A stretch of DNA of 64,000 nucleotides from Lingula anatina (lineage: Eukaryota; Animalia; Brachiopoda), in assembly GCA_051362555.1 (NCBI GenBank), contig CM120649.1:248001-312000 (forward strand), in the 5' to 3' direction. This document shows positions 23,080-36,634 of the stretch, one piece after another (position 1 is the stretch's first letter; the number at the start of each line of letters is the position of its first letter). A program made the translations under genes and the position numbers. A model generated the notes under the pieces. It saw nothing but the letters and a program-made list of their open reading frames with translations, had not been told where the DNA came from and did no database searches.

Positions 23080-24846
23080 TGCAACCTTCTTGTGTGTTAT
23101 TTTAACATACTGCATCAAAATTTATTTTTACAGCCCATGCGAGGTATTGTTCCATCAAAGATAACGATATCAAAAGAGACTATATATGTACGTTAATCTT
23201 AACACCACTTCTGCTAGTTTTAATGTCATAAAGGTAGGTTGAAAGGATGAAAAATGACGCTTGAATTTGGCAAAGTACGGTATGGCTCATGTCTTATATA
23301 GACCTACCGCTAGCACCAATAGCCTCCGCCTTGGTGTGCTACTCTTTGAGCTCAGCCAATTACAGAAGCCTGCACAAAACGGATTCCACCGTATCATTCA
23401 TAGGGTATTAAAAGAAAGGTGAAGGGGTCGTCGTTGAAAAGAAAAGTGTTCAACTTAGACAACAGAACACAAAATATTATTGTCAACACAAGGAGATTCC
23501 TTTGTAGAGCCGCAAGTGCATCATACCTGACCTGTGTATCATACCTGATCTGTGGAAAGGTAGGTTCTGTAATAGTTCAGATGTAGCAGCACTGAATTAG
23601 ACGTAAAAATCCAACATTTTAAAGAAAATTGTGCAAAAAGAAAAGCAATATCTAAATTAAATATTGAGGGTGACTTTGTGTCACTGCGAGTATATGGCGA
23701 CAGCACTGTGCGCTCTCCGTAGGTAAGAAGTACACTTTGAATGCCAGGCCGTCAACGAAAGGTTTTGGTATCAGTTTAACTATTGTTTCCAAGTGCAAGA
23801 TGTAAGTGTGGATCATAAATAGAATTAATTAATTAATTATTGCAGGATGAACTAGAAAAGCATTGAGAGGAGGCAGGCCTCCACCAAGACAAATAATTAA
23901 CTAATAAGTAAACGTTAATTAATTCATGGATATAATAAAAATAACGTTTACTCAAACTAACAAATAAACTAACGAACTGAAGCAAAAACCAAATATCTCT
24001 GTCGGAAATAATCAAAGTACTTTACAATTAAACTATGGTCGTAGTCTAGAATTTTCAGTCGTGACATGGTTTAAAATTCAATAAACAGCAGAACTGTAAT
24101 GGTTAGATTGCTGTTAATGCTGTAATGCATGGTCCCTCAGAGAGCCCAATGCCACCGCAGATTTTCCAGCGGACTTTCATATTTTTTCTTATAAGACCCT
24201 TTAAGATATGCATTACCAAAACACATGCCATGTGTATGTGTTACTGTGTTTTACACTTAAATCTTCAGCAAGAAGATAGAAGACATCTTAGCTTAAAGAT
24301 GCATACAAAGTCAATTTTTTTTGTCACAGAAACCAACCAAATGCCAGCATATAGTTTCAAGTAGTATAACTAAGAGAATTACCAAAAGGCATTGTATAAT
24401 TTTACCCGAAAATGATGTTTGAACGGATTTTTCTGCTGGCATTCTAAGCTGTATGTCAATGGGGCAGGAAAGTAGGTCACGAAGGTAGGTTAAATTTACA
24501 ACCATAAATTTAAAGAAAGGAGCAGTCTAAAGGTCTTTTATGGCTCATCGAGTGATCTATTCAGTTTTTCCCTTGGCATGTCGAATTTATTTGAGTCATA
24601 TAAGAATCTAGTAGAAGCGGTTTACATGTGTTACTGGGAATCCAGGCTCCACCGATGCTCGGTTCGTATGTGCCTTTAATCCGGAACATCCTTATAGTAT
24701 AAACCTTGTCGAGATGAATGCTTGGAACTGCGTAGGATCCATTATTGTACACGTGTTTAATACTATATCTTATGGCTGTTAAATTGCAAAACTAGTGGTT
24801 CACTTTCTCTTACAATACAAAACAATTCATTATATATCCCTCTCAT

Positions 24847-24893
<47 letters not shown>

Positions 24894-25947
24894 TTAGAAA
24901 TTGTAATTTTGTTACTGCACTTTTTATCAAAAATAAAACACCGAATGATAATTGCACCACTGTAAACAAGAAACAGATCTTAAACTCTACCTAATGGAAT
25001 AAAGTTTTCCTTTTAAATCACTCGATTATATATTCTAAACATGTTTGGGCAAGACCGTTAAGATGCGTTTCACATTCAGATCACCACATCTAGGTACTAT
25101 AGCAACCGTTGCCAGATTAAAAGAAACTGTATTTAATTCTACCATTACTGCTTTATCATGTATTGAAGTTAGAACACGTTTTTCTGTATTTCATCTTAGA
25201 CCATTTGTCTGTCTTTTTTATTTATTTATTTTGAGACCAACCCCGAATGCGGTTATGTACCATTAAAAACACGGATCAAGTAGGGGAATGACGGAACATT
25301 TAAAATGAATAATTGAATGACAAGCAATGATTTGACGTGCAATTACAGAGAGAACAACAACTGTCATGTAACCGGAGAATTATCAGTACTATTTCTGTGT
25401 AGATATAATCATGGTAATAAGAAATATTATATGTATTGGCGTCAGATGAAACCGAGCTGCCTGGCTAATTAGGCTAATTAGGGAGATATCTTCTTTGGTC
25501 AGGTGGTTTATGATATTGGTACAGAAATAACTTGACCTGGAATCCTTTTTAAGAAAAATACAAGACCGACGGTCGCCATGGTCGGAAATATTGCATCTAA
25601 AATAGTATCATTGGAGGCAAAACCTTACGATATACAAAAACAATTGTGTCTGTGGCCTGCAACATTTCTAATAAACGCGTAAGCTTGCTCCAATGATTCG
25701 TATGTCATGATCGCCATTTTATGGATTCACAATCAGATGACTGGGTGGCATATCGAACAGAGATGAAAAGATTTAGATGACAAGGTTTCGGGAAACTTAA
25801 GGGTTTCAAGCGTTTTTGATAGGTTTCGAGTTTATAAGGTCAATGCCTTTCTGGCTCTTACCTGACAAAGTTGGAGAAGGGTGCATGTGTTGGTATTTTC
25901 TTTTGGCGTGCACTAAAAGGTTAAGAACCTGAACTAAACTGCTTCAG

Positions 25948-26031
25948 ACCTCGCCGAAAGACAGATGCGACAAAGTTAATTTCAAGATGGGCATATGTTT
26001 ATGACAATATAGTATCTTAGGCATGAAATCT

Positions 26032-26108
<77 letters not shown>

Positions 26109-26563
26109 TGCGTGTGTGACCGTCCGTTCTCAGGCCTAGATAGGATTGCTCTATTTCTGGCTACTTAGAAATACCACGAAATACAACTAAAACCAAATAA
26201 CGGCACTCTGTTTGAACCCGTACGTGTCTGATCGCATAGAGTTGCTGATCTTTACAAGAAAAGCAAACCTTCCAATGAATGAGACACGGGGATGAGTGAT
26301 GTTTGAAATATATCAATGTCTGTCCTTGTTTATCTTCAAATATCAGTCAATAACTCATATCGCGTGTGAAGTGTTAAAACAACACCATTAGTTCGACGGA
26401 CGGATAATAACAGTCCTCTCTCGCACGGTATTAAAGGATATGTGTATTTTATCATTTCCCCTTGCGACTGATAATTATAGAAGAAACACGCAGCTCTTAT
26501 TGAGATTAATAAACATATGCCCATCTTGAAATTAACTTTGTCGCCTCTGTCTTTCCGCGAGGT
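25948..26563. mobile_element. Non-autonomous element with ~55-bp inverted termini and an internal (CT)n(GT)n microsatellite
   Basis: acctcgccgaaagacagatgcgacaaagttaatttcaagatgggcatatgtttat is inverted (2-3 mismatches) at 26509-26563. Confidence 0.75.
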
Positions 26564-28650
26564 TAAGAGCCATGACGCTGCTTCCTAAGAACCAGTATAT
26601 TTGGTCTTACGTTCTTTTTAAATGTACCTTGAAGCATTCTCGTCTTATGATGCCAATTTTTTTCAGTATTTGTCTGAATCAGTTACCGCACTTCTTAGTT
26701 AATGCGCATGGTGACAAAAAGATATTCTACTAGAACAGGATCGTCACATGCACAAAAGACCAAGATACGTTACAAAAACACCTTCGGACTACCGCTCAAA
26801 ACAATCTAATTTTTCTGTGTGTAGCATATCCAAGGGTGATAGCAATGTAGATGGGCTTTTCACAGCCTGAAATACATTCAAACAGGTTGTTTGCACCCCA
26901 TGTAAACAATGGAATAAGAAGTGGTGAAACAAAAAAAAGTTAAATGGCATAAAGAACCCCAAAAATATTTGTTCAACAAAGACAGGGGTGGGAGGGGACT
27001 TTAAATCAATAAGTGCGTATTTTTACACTGATAAAGAACGCCGTGGAACTTCCTAAAGCATGTGATTCTAGAAAATGAAACACCCCCTCTGAATCAGCCT
27101 GTTACTCAATGTATAGATCGTTTCTAATTACTAAGTCTAATCGTTTGAAAATAATATTTGACAAAGGGATTCATGCCACGGTGATAAAATGTGTTCTGAC
27201 AGCTGTTTAAAAATGTTAATTTTAATTTTTTCTCAAAATTATTGGAAAATCGACCGACGTATATGAAGCTTCAAAAAATATAAAAAAAACATGTCTTTCA
27301 TGCTTTGTGTTCACGGTTTGACGTAAAAGATTTAAGGTATCGGGAAAATGTTCTTATGAAAATGAACAAATAACGCGGATGTTAATCGGAAGCTTGAGTT
27401 GAGAGTCCCATTTAACTGCCAGGACATGTACAACCATATCACTATCCTTTGGAGAGGGTCAGTGTGAGATTCTCTTTATAGAGCCATGGACACGTTCTAT
27501 AATGGCTTGTGTCATTAGCATTTGCTTTTGTAAGGTAGTAAAAATTAGTCATTGCAGTCCGTTTAAATACATTCCCACATTCAAGCATACCCATTTCCAT
27601 AGGTAGTAACCGTATACTTTTTTTTATATAAAACGTTTTATAATCGGGTATGAACAATGAGTTAATATCTACAATAAGCAGTATTATTATTTGTGCATTG
27701 TATAACAGGTTCGAGTTACATCTCAATCGTTATTGGACATTGTTGGTATCATTTGTGGTCGCTGCTGTTTCCTGATTCAATTATGGACTTAGATCAATGC
27801 TATCACTTTCTTTTTTGCTACAAGCTCTGTACGTGGTTTTATACAGTTATTGCTCTGTCATTAACTGAACCCCGTGAATACGATTAAAACGACGAACTGT
27901 GGATTTAACTTTGATCAGTTTTGGACGTGGGTCAAGATGAACAGTATCACTGGAAGCTTGGTTCTTTTGTTACGTACGCTAAATGTTATGCAATGGATAT
28001 TTATGATGTCGTTGTTCAAACATATCAGTATCGTTTTAATTGGAGGAATGCTAAACATTTCAGTTTCCAAAACTAATAGTTTCAGTATATTGAGAATTTG
28101 TGGTCTTTGGTGAAACAAATTCTACTATTAAAAATCAATTGACATCTATGATGGATTTATAAAGCGGTCTCGGAGACAGGAATATTGGCGTTGTGAGATT
28201 ATACACCTTTTGTTTTGTCTTAATGGTTATTTCATTTCATGTGAATAAGATCTTGGCTAACTGATTGCATTAAAACACGACAGGCAATTTGAAATTGACC
28301 TTGAATTGAAAGCGAATTTTTTTTAGTATCCAATGTTTTTTTAAAGAGAAATCATATTTGCAATTAAACACATAAAACTGTTTGCTCAGCTGAGCAAATG
28401 GTTGGTAAATCAAACATGGTTTGTAAAAATTGCCTTTCCATGTGATACTTCTTATGATTCTTGAAACCATCACATTCGTAAGAAGTCACATCATCTTAAT
28501 TTTGCCTTGACCAAGCAATGACGAGAAACACTTTACAGACAACTTAACTATGGCCTCCAGCAGCTTAAGAAATACATGTACCAACGGGAGTTCATTTAAC
28601 ACTTATGTAATCTTCACAAGACAGGAGTGAGGATTAACACATTTCTATGC

Positions 28651-28822
28651 TGATGACGTCAATGAGACAGGGGATTGATGACGTCAATGGAACAGGAGTT
28701 GATGACGTCAATGGGACAGGGGCTGATGACGTCAATGGGACAGAATTTGATGACGTCAATGGGATAGGGGACTGATGACGTCAATGAAACGGGGGACTGA
28801 TGACGTCAATGGGATAGGGGTC
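28651..28822. repeat. 24-25-bp minisatellite, 7 copies, each with a perfect CRE palindrome (TGACGTCA)
   Basis: Invariant tgatgacgtcaatg followed by a variable 10-11-nt purine-rich spacer. Confidence 0.92.
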
Positions 28823-28839
28823 CGATGAGAAGAAGGCCT

Positions 28840-29100
28840 CGTGTCCAAGCTCGCACCATGTACAATGTACCGTGCGCTAGTATTTAGTATGGGGTTGCAG
28901 CCTATTTCCATATTTTTATTAAATGAACGTATCATTGACCTTAGAGCTGCACGATACTTCCCCAGCCAAGAAAATGATTCAACGGTTGCTAAATACGGCT
29001 CTACACCATTCTCATTTGATTTCGACTTTAAAGTGCTTATAAAGCGGAAAACATCTGAAATCAAAAATGTCTCTATTACTAGGACTTCTTACATAGCGTC
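28840..29100 (-). mobile_element. Highly degenerate LINE ORF2 C-terminal remnant
   Basis: VEPYLATV...KYRAAL...EIG... followed by a frameshifted CTWC resembles the EPYL..KYR.AL..R...IE.G...CxxC tail of the LINE remnant at 9.9 kb. Confidence 0.4.
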
Positions 29101-30252
29101 TCGGAATAGGTATTCCTGCGGCAAACTGGAAATCGCTCAAGATCAAAAACATCTTCATTACTTCACACATGGCGTCTCAGGATTATGCAACTTTCCTAAC
29201 AAAGTCTCTGGATTACGCAAATCAATATCAATATGCATTTGAGCATTGAAAGGGCAACCCTAGTCTCATCCGTGCTTCTGTTTACATGAACCAAAGAATC
29301 GATGTCTTCATTGGCAATTATCTCACCTCTGTGATTTTTAATTAAATATAACGTTATAAAATACAACGCGCACATGGCACGTACCATTTTACTAATGTGG
29401 CTGAAGCAGACGACATACACTTCCGTCCGGAAATCGGTTATATTGTCGTCACAACGTCTGATAGAAATAGTATAACATATGGAACAGATTCTAAAACTAT
29501 CAAGCGTAAGAGGGGAGGGTCTGTCTGCCAACTAGTCTACCGGTTCCCTAGTCCGAACAGGTTGCTAAGCCAAACTGATGACGTAATTAGCCTGTTCACA
29601 GCCATGTGATCAATAACAAGATCTTAGCATTTATATCATGAAAATCAATTAGTGTTGTTCAGATATCTTATATATAAAAGTTTCAACAGAAAAGCGAAGA
29701 AAAGCATAATAAAGTCTCCACTTTTACCCAATCGGATCAAGAAAGGACCACATATATTCTATTGAAGCAAAAATGATTTGATAATTGATGTGTGAATGTG
29801 ACACGTACATGAACGACATGCAATACTGAAATAGTATGGCGAGCAAACAGAAATCATTTTAGTAATCTGAAAACTAAGACGATTATTAAACTACTGAGTA
29901 GTGCGCCTGAAATGGTTTTAATCTGCAATTTCCGATAACAGATAATCTAACATGGTCTTAAGCATTATAAAAATGGTCTTACTTACCATGGGCTGAGTTT
30001 GAGTTTAAGATCAAAAATGATCTTAACAGGGGATCAGTAAGACTATTAATTGACTGTCTTCCTAGCAAGTGGTCTGGTAATTTCCTCCCCTCACAGAGGG
30101 GGATACCTCCTCTCACAATGAAGAAATGTGTGACGGGAGATAATTGTTTAACAATTTAGTGTTAGGGAGTGTCGCTACCGTTATCTGAATATTCAATAAA
30201 GAGTGAAACACGGAATGCAGTCATCTGCCACCCCCACCCCCCACCCTCTCTC

Positions 30253-30286
<34 letters not shown>

Positions 30287-32339
30287 GATCTTATTACTCA
30301 ATAATCTGACCATTATTTGCCACACTGTCTCTAGAGATGTTGTAGAATGCTCAGCTATTGATGTAGATACACTGTTACCTTATTTGCAAACCAAATCAGC
30401 CGTCGAGACTGAGGGGAACCAAACCATTTAACTCTTTAGAACTATTAAGCATTTCTAGTCAGTTGTGACTATTTCAACAGTGATGAATTCAACAAGGGGG
30501 GGGGGGGGCAGACAGCAGAAGCACGTGCAACACCAAATGAGTCGCTATCACCCATACAGGCATCATTTAGTCGCGTTTAGTGTAGGCCAAGTTGTTTTTG
30601 TTTTTGTTTTGATATAATTATCATATTACCACAGGTTTCTGGTTATTGTAAATGAATAAATTGATAAACTCACATATATTAAAGCTACATACATCTCCTT
30701 ATTTTATGACATTAACGTTCTTTTGATTTGTAAAGCAATCGTGCACATTTATTTACAAAATCAATATTTATTAGCTGTGGCTATGACAAAAAAGAGATTT
30801 TACTCGAATCAAAGTCACCAACACTGAGGTTAAGGCACTTCCCATTAACTTCTATCTTCTCTTTTTGACACTTTCTGTTGAAATGCTATTGATGGATGAC
30901 GACATTTGGTTATAAAGTAGAAATCTCTATGATTCAATTACCGAAATATGCCTAGTTATGAATGTAGAATAGATCTAATTAGACAGATAAATGTCTTCCT
31001 TAATTGGAGTCTGGCTTAATTAATTACCCGACTGCCAATGGTATAATGGTACAGTTCAGACATGTAGTGCGTCTGTTTTAAAAGATGGTTGCGCTAAAAC
31101 AATATTCTTTATTTTATATTCATCCCCTAGCTTGCACACCCTCCCCCCCCCCCCCCCCCCCCATTAAAAAAAACCCAAAACTAAACCCCCAGACAAGGCA
31201 GTGATGGAGGACCAAAAAAGAGCCAAACCATGATGCTACCACCCATTTGGTTGGTTTTAGCATCGATCCAATAATAGCTTCTCTGCTTAAACAGTCATAG
31301 CGACTTCTGTACTACTTTTTAACTTACGACAATGTCCCTTTGTACATGTCATGTTTTGCTTTACGTAAAACCCGCTGATTTGCTTGTGGCGGGTACCAGC
31401 TGTATTAGGGGTACAGACCCATTAGCGCTCTGAGAAACCTCTGGCATGTTTGTCTCACTGCGAACTTGGGGACAACGTCTGCCCTTAGACTGGCCTCGCG
31501 AGCTTAAATAACGTCTATATCTAGGAGACATTTAACCGTTCTCTTGTTGATTCTACCCTTATTTTTTATTTGCCGTTGAATGGAATGACTCGGGTTAACG
31601 CAGTTTCAAAGAAAGGTTTAAATAAAAGGCAGAAAGATGTAAACATGAACTATATGAATGGAAGAAAAAAATGTTGTAGGATATAGAAACTAAGACACAA
31701 AAAATGAAAAAAAAAGAAATCAATAGGAAAGGTTTTAGCAATACTTAAAGCACAATTCTTTGTGCAAATATAAACTTTGTCCACTTCAACATGCAAACCA
31801 TTGGTATTCCTTTCACATAAAACACAAATGAATAAGATCGTGCGATGCATTTTTCAGTTTATTATTCATGAAATGGCACGTTGTCTTGTACCTTAGCCGA
31901 ACATTAACTGAGAAAATTAGCACTTTAGGCAGATTTTATTTGTTATTATGGAAGACGTTGGGCCTAGATTAACTCACTTTATTTTCATTACGAATAAATG
32001 TACCAAAAATTCAGGACTACTGGATAGGTATAGATATTTTCTGATTTATATTAATGCAAGTCTGTGGATGCGTTAAACTGTTCAGGTCATGAGAGCACGC
32101 GTCCTGTTTTGGTACACAAGCCATCCGGCACTTCTTACGAATATACATTCGTTAGACTCGCGGGATGGCTTCTAACACAAGCGTTAGAATAACCAGTCTA
32201 TTTAGAATAACCAGTCTAGACTGACCGAGCAGCCTTGCGAAGTAAATGTAACTTTATCCCACGTGGTAGTTATGTTGCTCTAAGTGACAAAGACAATAGG
32301 CTGACAGAATTACTCTTTTGTTCATATCTGTGTGATAGA

Positions 32340-32955
32340 GTGACCGGATGATGCAGTGTTATAGACTTGTGCCTCACCGGATTTCCCTATGGTACAGACG
32401 TAAGACTGACCGGATGGCACTTTGGTACAGACGTTAGACTCACCGGATGACCCTGTGGTACAGACGTTAGGCTGACGTAGTGCAGACTTTAGACTGGCTT
32501 GACGGCCCTGTGGTACAAACGTGAGACTGACGTGGTACAGAAGTTAGGCTGACGTAGTACAAACTTTAGACTGGCTTGACGGCCCTGTGGTACAAACGTG
32601 AGACTGACGTGGTACAGAAGTTAGGCTGACGTAGTACAAACTTTAGACTGGCTTGACGGCCCTGTGGTACAAACGTGAGACTGACGTGGTACAGAAGTTA
32701 GGCTGACGTAGTACAAACTTTAGACTGGCTTGACGGCCCTGTGGTACAGACGTTAGACTGACGTGGTACAGACGTAAGACTGACCGGATGACAATGTGGT
32801 ACAGACGTTAGACTGACATGGTACAGACGTCAAACTGACGTGGTACAGACGTGAGGCTGACGTGGTACAGACGTGAGGCTGACCTGGTATAGACGTTAGA
32901 CTGACCGGATGGCCCTGTAGTACATACGTTACACTGACCGGATTGCCCTGTGGTG
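32340..32955. repeat. Complex minisatellite (21-35-bp subunits) with a 77-bp higher-order repeat
   Basis: Subunit gtggtacagacgttagactgac; the 77-bp unit ttagactggcttgacggccctgtggtacaaacgtgagactgacgtggtacagaagttaggctgacgtagtacaaact is repeated 3 times from 32489. Confidence 0.9.
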
Positions 32956-35900
32956 CGATTCTCACACACGGATCAGAGCCTCGCGACCTCAAAAGAACAA
33001 AATAAAAGTACACTTGCTGTCTCATTGCTCAACTTTGAGTGGTGGTGACAGACCGCGTAGAGCCAGGAGTCATTGCTTACCGTCTTGCAGATTAATGTGC
33101 AACACAAGTACATGTGACAAGGGCAATACTTTCACATTAAACATATACAATTTTGGTTGTAGGAGCCGGGTAATTACGCCAATATTTCTTTCCCGAATAG
33201 TTACCCCCCCCCCCCCCCCACCATCATAATATGATTCTAAGTGTTTAAAGAAAAAAGTGAATCGTGCTGCACAAACCCAGATTTCCAGAAGAACAGTCCT
33301 TCAGATGTAACCTGGATGATATCTCTTGTTTAACTTATAGACGTTGGCTACTTGTGCAGATTGATCATGCCATTTGTTGGATTTTCTCTCGGTTTCCGTG
33401 TTTATCTACCTCTAAGAGAACGGATGACGTGGAAGTGGAGCGTGTTGGAAAGCTTAGTCTTAACATTTGGACTTATTATTTGAACCTTACTTTTTGGCTG
33501 AGATTACCAAATACGTTCAAGGATTTTTAAGTTCTTGATAAGAATTTTTGATTGACCGCCTCCTGACAGTTTTGAGCGTCAATGACGCAGGCGACCTAGA
33601 ATTTTGCATGTGTCCATCTTTTGTCGTGTTATACACCACATTAACACATAAATACAACTTAAATCTACATCAGCAGTTGTGTAGCGCACCAGATCTAGAT
33701 TAGCTGGTGTTCTTAATGTGGACACCTATTCATGGAGTTGCCGAGTTGGTCGTTAGTAGTGTTTGTTGTTTTTTGTTTCAAAATCCAATAAAACTGTGAC
33801 ACTGTTTATGAGTTTTGCTACCCCATAATTAAAAAGAAATCTGGTCTACCAATTTACAACACCAAAAAAGTGAGATTGTTTGAACTCCAAATTACAATAC
33901 ACATTTAGATGCAGCCATAAGCCATCTCGCTTAATGGACTTTTATACATCTGCATTGTACATTTTCTTTATTTTAAGCGGTTAATCGACTGAACATGATC
34001 TGTTCAAGAATTAATTTGCATGGATCAACATGTTGTTTGCTGGCAGACGTTTAAATTGAATACCAAAGGTTTAGATTTCTCCCTGTGCGCAGAGATCATT
34101 TGTAAGCATCAGAAATGTTTATCGTTGAATGGCAAATAAAGGAAATACCATCTGGTCTGGCCTCCCTGGAATCAAAGGATCGGCTTAACAAAGCCGCTTA
34201 GTAAACACGGTTCATCTAACTTGCTACAAGAAAATGAAAGAATACAACAAACTAAGTTAGAATACCTACATTTGTGCACTGTAAGTTACGTTTTTGACTT
34301 AAAAAGTGTTCTCTTGAGAGAAGGAATGCATATAATAAAAACGAAATGGCCAGTGTCGTGATCAGTAGTGGCACCGTGCACCTGATGAACACCTGTTAGA
34401 AGTACTTAACGACGATATTTCGTTAACTATGAATAACGCCAGTCACTAGATTAAGATTATCAGAAATCAAATTATTAGCCCTCCAAGCATTATACCATGC
34501 TTCATAACCCATTGTATTTGGCTTTCCCTCGGAGTGCCTTTATGATTTACGCCTTTGAAAGTTTATTCCAAACGATTATCCGGATACTTGAAAATGCCAA
34601 TAAATAAGAGATTTATGGTGATATGATCACAAAATTAGGGCTTTGAAAGCCTGTGTAATGATTTTATGGCTGAGTTAAACAGGAATTGATATCTCTTTGG
34701 AGATACTGGTATCTGCATAGAAAGCTCACATCGAAATGATTTTAATTGCGCAACAGTGATAATAAAATATTAAAGGCCTTTTCTTGTGTATTGTGTGGTT
34801 CGAAAGTCGCAGATTCATAGATCGAGGGATTGGAAATGATTTGAATTACTGTGATTTTTCCCTTGTTAAATATTTTAGATGAGAGAGTTACTGTATACAC
34901 TGTTTGATGAAGGACTGAAAATGATTTGAATGCATGTGCTTTATATCCCTTACATAAGCTGGATTTTTTTCAATGCGAAAGTTAATGTCTACACTGTAAT
35001 TGTTTGTATAATTTTGTCCAAAGGCACAGCACAGACAGCTGTGTCTCTTGTTTTCGTTCTCTAGCTAATTGTCTTACATACTAGAACAAAGGTGCGTCAG
35101 TTTGTAATATTCTTTTCTGTTCATATAACGTCAAAATGGAAAGAGAACCCAGCATTTCATTACAGCCACTCAAGTATCACTGTTTACTCTAAACTTCTAC
35201 TTTTCTCTGATCTATGATATCTCCATCTCTATCTACGGCATACGGAGGAATTTAGCCGTGAAAAACAAGACAGGCTATCCTCTCGTTCTTTACGTAGCTA
35301 CGTTACTGCGTTCAAGACAAGATATACCGGTGTACAGTACACCCGGTGGTAAACACAGCTGAACTTCTTAATGTGTGGCAAAATCAACGTTCAGAGTTGG
35401 TACATACATACATGTACGTGGTCACAAGTTGAGCACTGCACTACGGCGTCATCCAGCGTCATAATGTGTCCAGATCTTGACTAGGCGATAATAACCTCTC
35501 AAAAGCCTCTGTTTACCTATTACTTGTATTTTGCTATGAGTTCAACTAACAAGGCGAAACCTCATTAGACATCATCGATCACCGTTCATCACATCCACTC
35601 AAATATCTAATAAATCTTTCAAATCTCTCAATGCAAAGTTGAGACGCTGGTCGCCTTCTTAATGAGTTTACGTGACACATTGGTCTTGTTTAGTGACACT
35701 CTATAATCACTGAATTATTTACGATGTCTGCTGCCTCTGTACTGGGCTGTCTCTTGGTTTGTCTTTCACTAACTTGAGTTTTGACTCAAGGATCGGGATA
35801 AATGTTCATGAGTAAAAAATTTCACAAGATCAAATAAAAAGATGTAATTTATCTTGCCTACTACCGGTAGCAGACAATGACAACAGTGCTTGTTACTGGT

Positions 35901-36443
35901 TTGTACATCGTCGCTGCCACCTTTTCTTTCCTTCAGAGTTTAGTTTCCGATGAAGTAACATTTACTTTGTACTGGTATATGTTACGTTTCGTGATGTGGG
36001 CGAAAACCAGAAAGGTCCAAGGTACCACAAGGAGTGGTGTTTACTCACCCACCCCCACCCCCACGCCTAATAGGTGCCTCTCTTAGGATTATTTAAAAGG
36101 CCAAGCATAATTCTAGGACATTATCTCAGTACTGTTAACTCATTTCCAGAACAACCGATATGACAGTAAGACATATTTCTGGGACATCCGCTTGTCATGC
36201 CCAGCACTTATGGATAGAACAGATAAGAATATAAGTTTTGGGACATCCACTTCTTTACCAACTTTGTAAATGTGACCAATTCTCCCTTTAAGAGAATGAC
36301 ATTTCTTTTCAGACCCCTTCATGTGGAATTCACGTGTGTTTACCCGTTCTCTTAATTGATCTGATATTCTGTATGCGTGTCCAGGCCCCGATCCCCATAC
36401 CTCTGCCCTCCAACTGGATCACAATAAGCAGGCTGCGTGCGAG

Positions 36444-36634
36444 GCCGCCATTTGCTGGCAGTTCCCCCTCTCATATCTCGTGTCTCTTACTTACTGCGAT
36501 CACATCAATCTAACCTTGATGACGTCACGCTGGTATAAAAGGTGTCCAAGTATTCCAAGTAGCAATCATTTTCAGGGAACTTGATCACTGATAACTGTTT
36601 CTCAGACTGGTGTCCCCAGAGGACAATTAGCAAG
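36444..36634 (+). promoter_or_regulatory. Putative core promoter and non-coding first exon of the neuropeptide gene
   Basis: YY1-like GCCGCCATTT (~36444), full CRE TGACGTCA (36520-36527), TATAAAA (36534-36540), Inr-like TCATTT (36566-36571), donor AAG|GTGAAA at 36634/36635. Confidence 0.6.

Noticed and set aside
27690-28120. Coding-like decayed stretch (QYIENLWSLVKQ)
   Set aside because: Multiple stops; it could be a LINE or transposase relic but cannot be assigned.
28651-28822. CRISPR-like repeat-spacer array
   Set aside because: The repeat is only 14 bp, the spacers are 10-11 bp and similar to each other, there are no cas genes, and the context is eukaryotic. It is a minisatellite.
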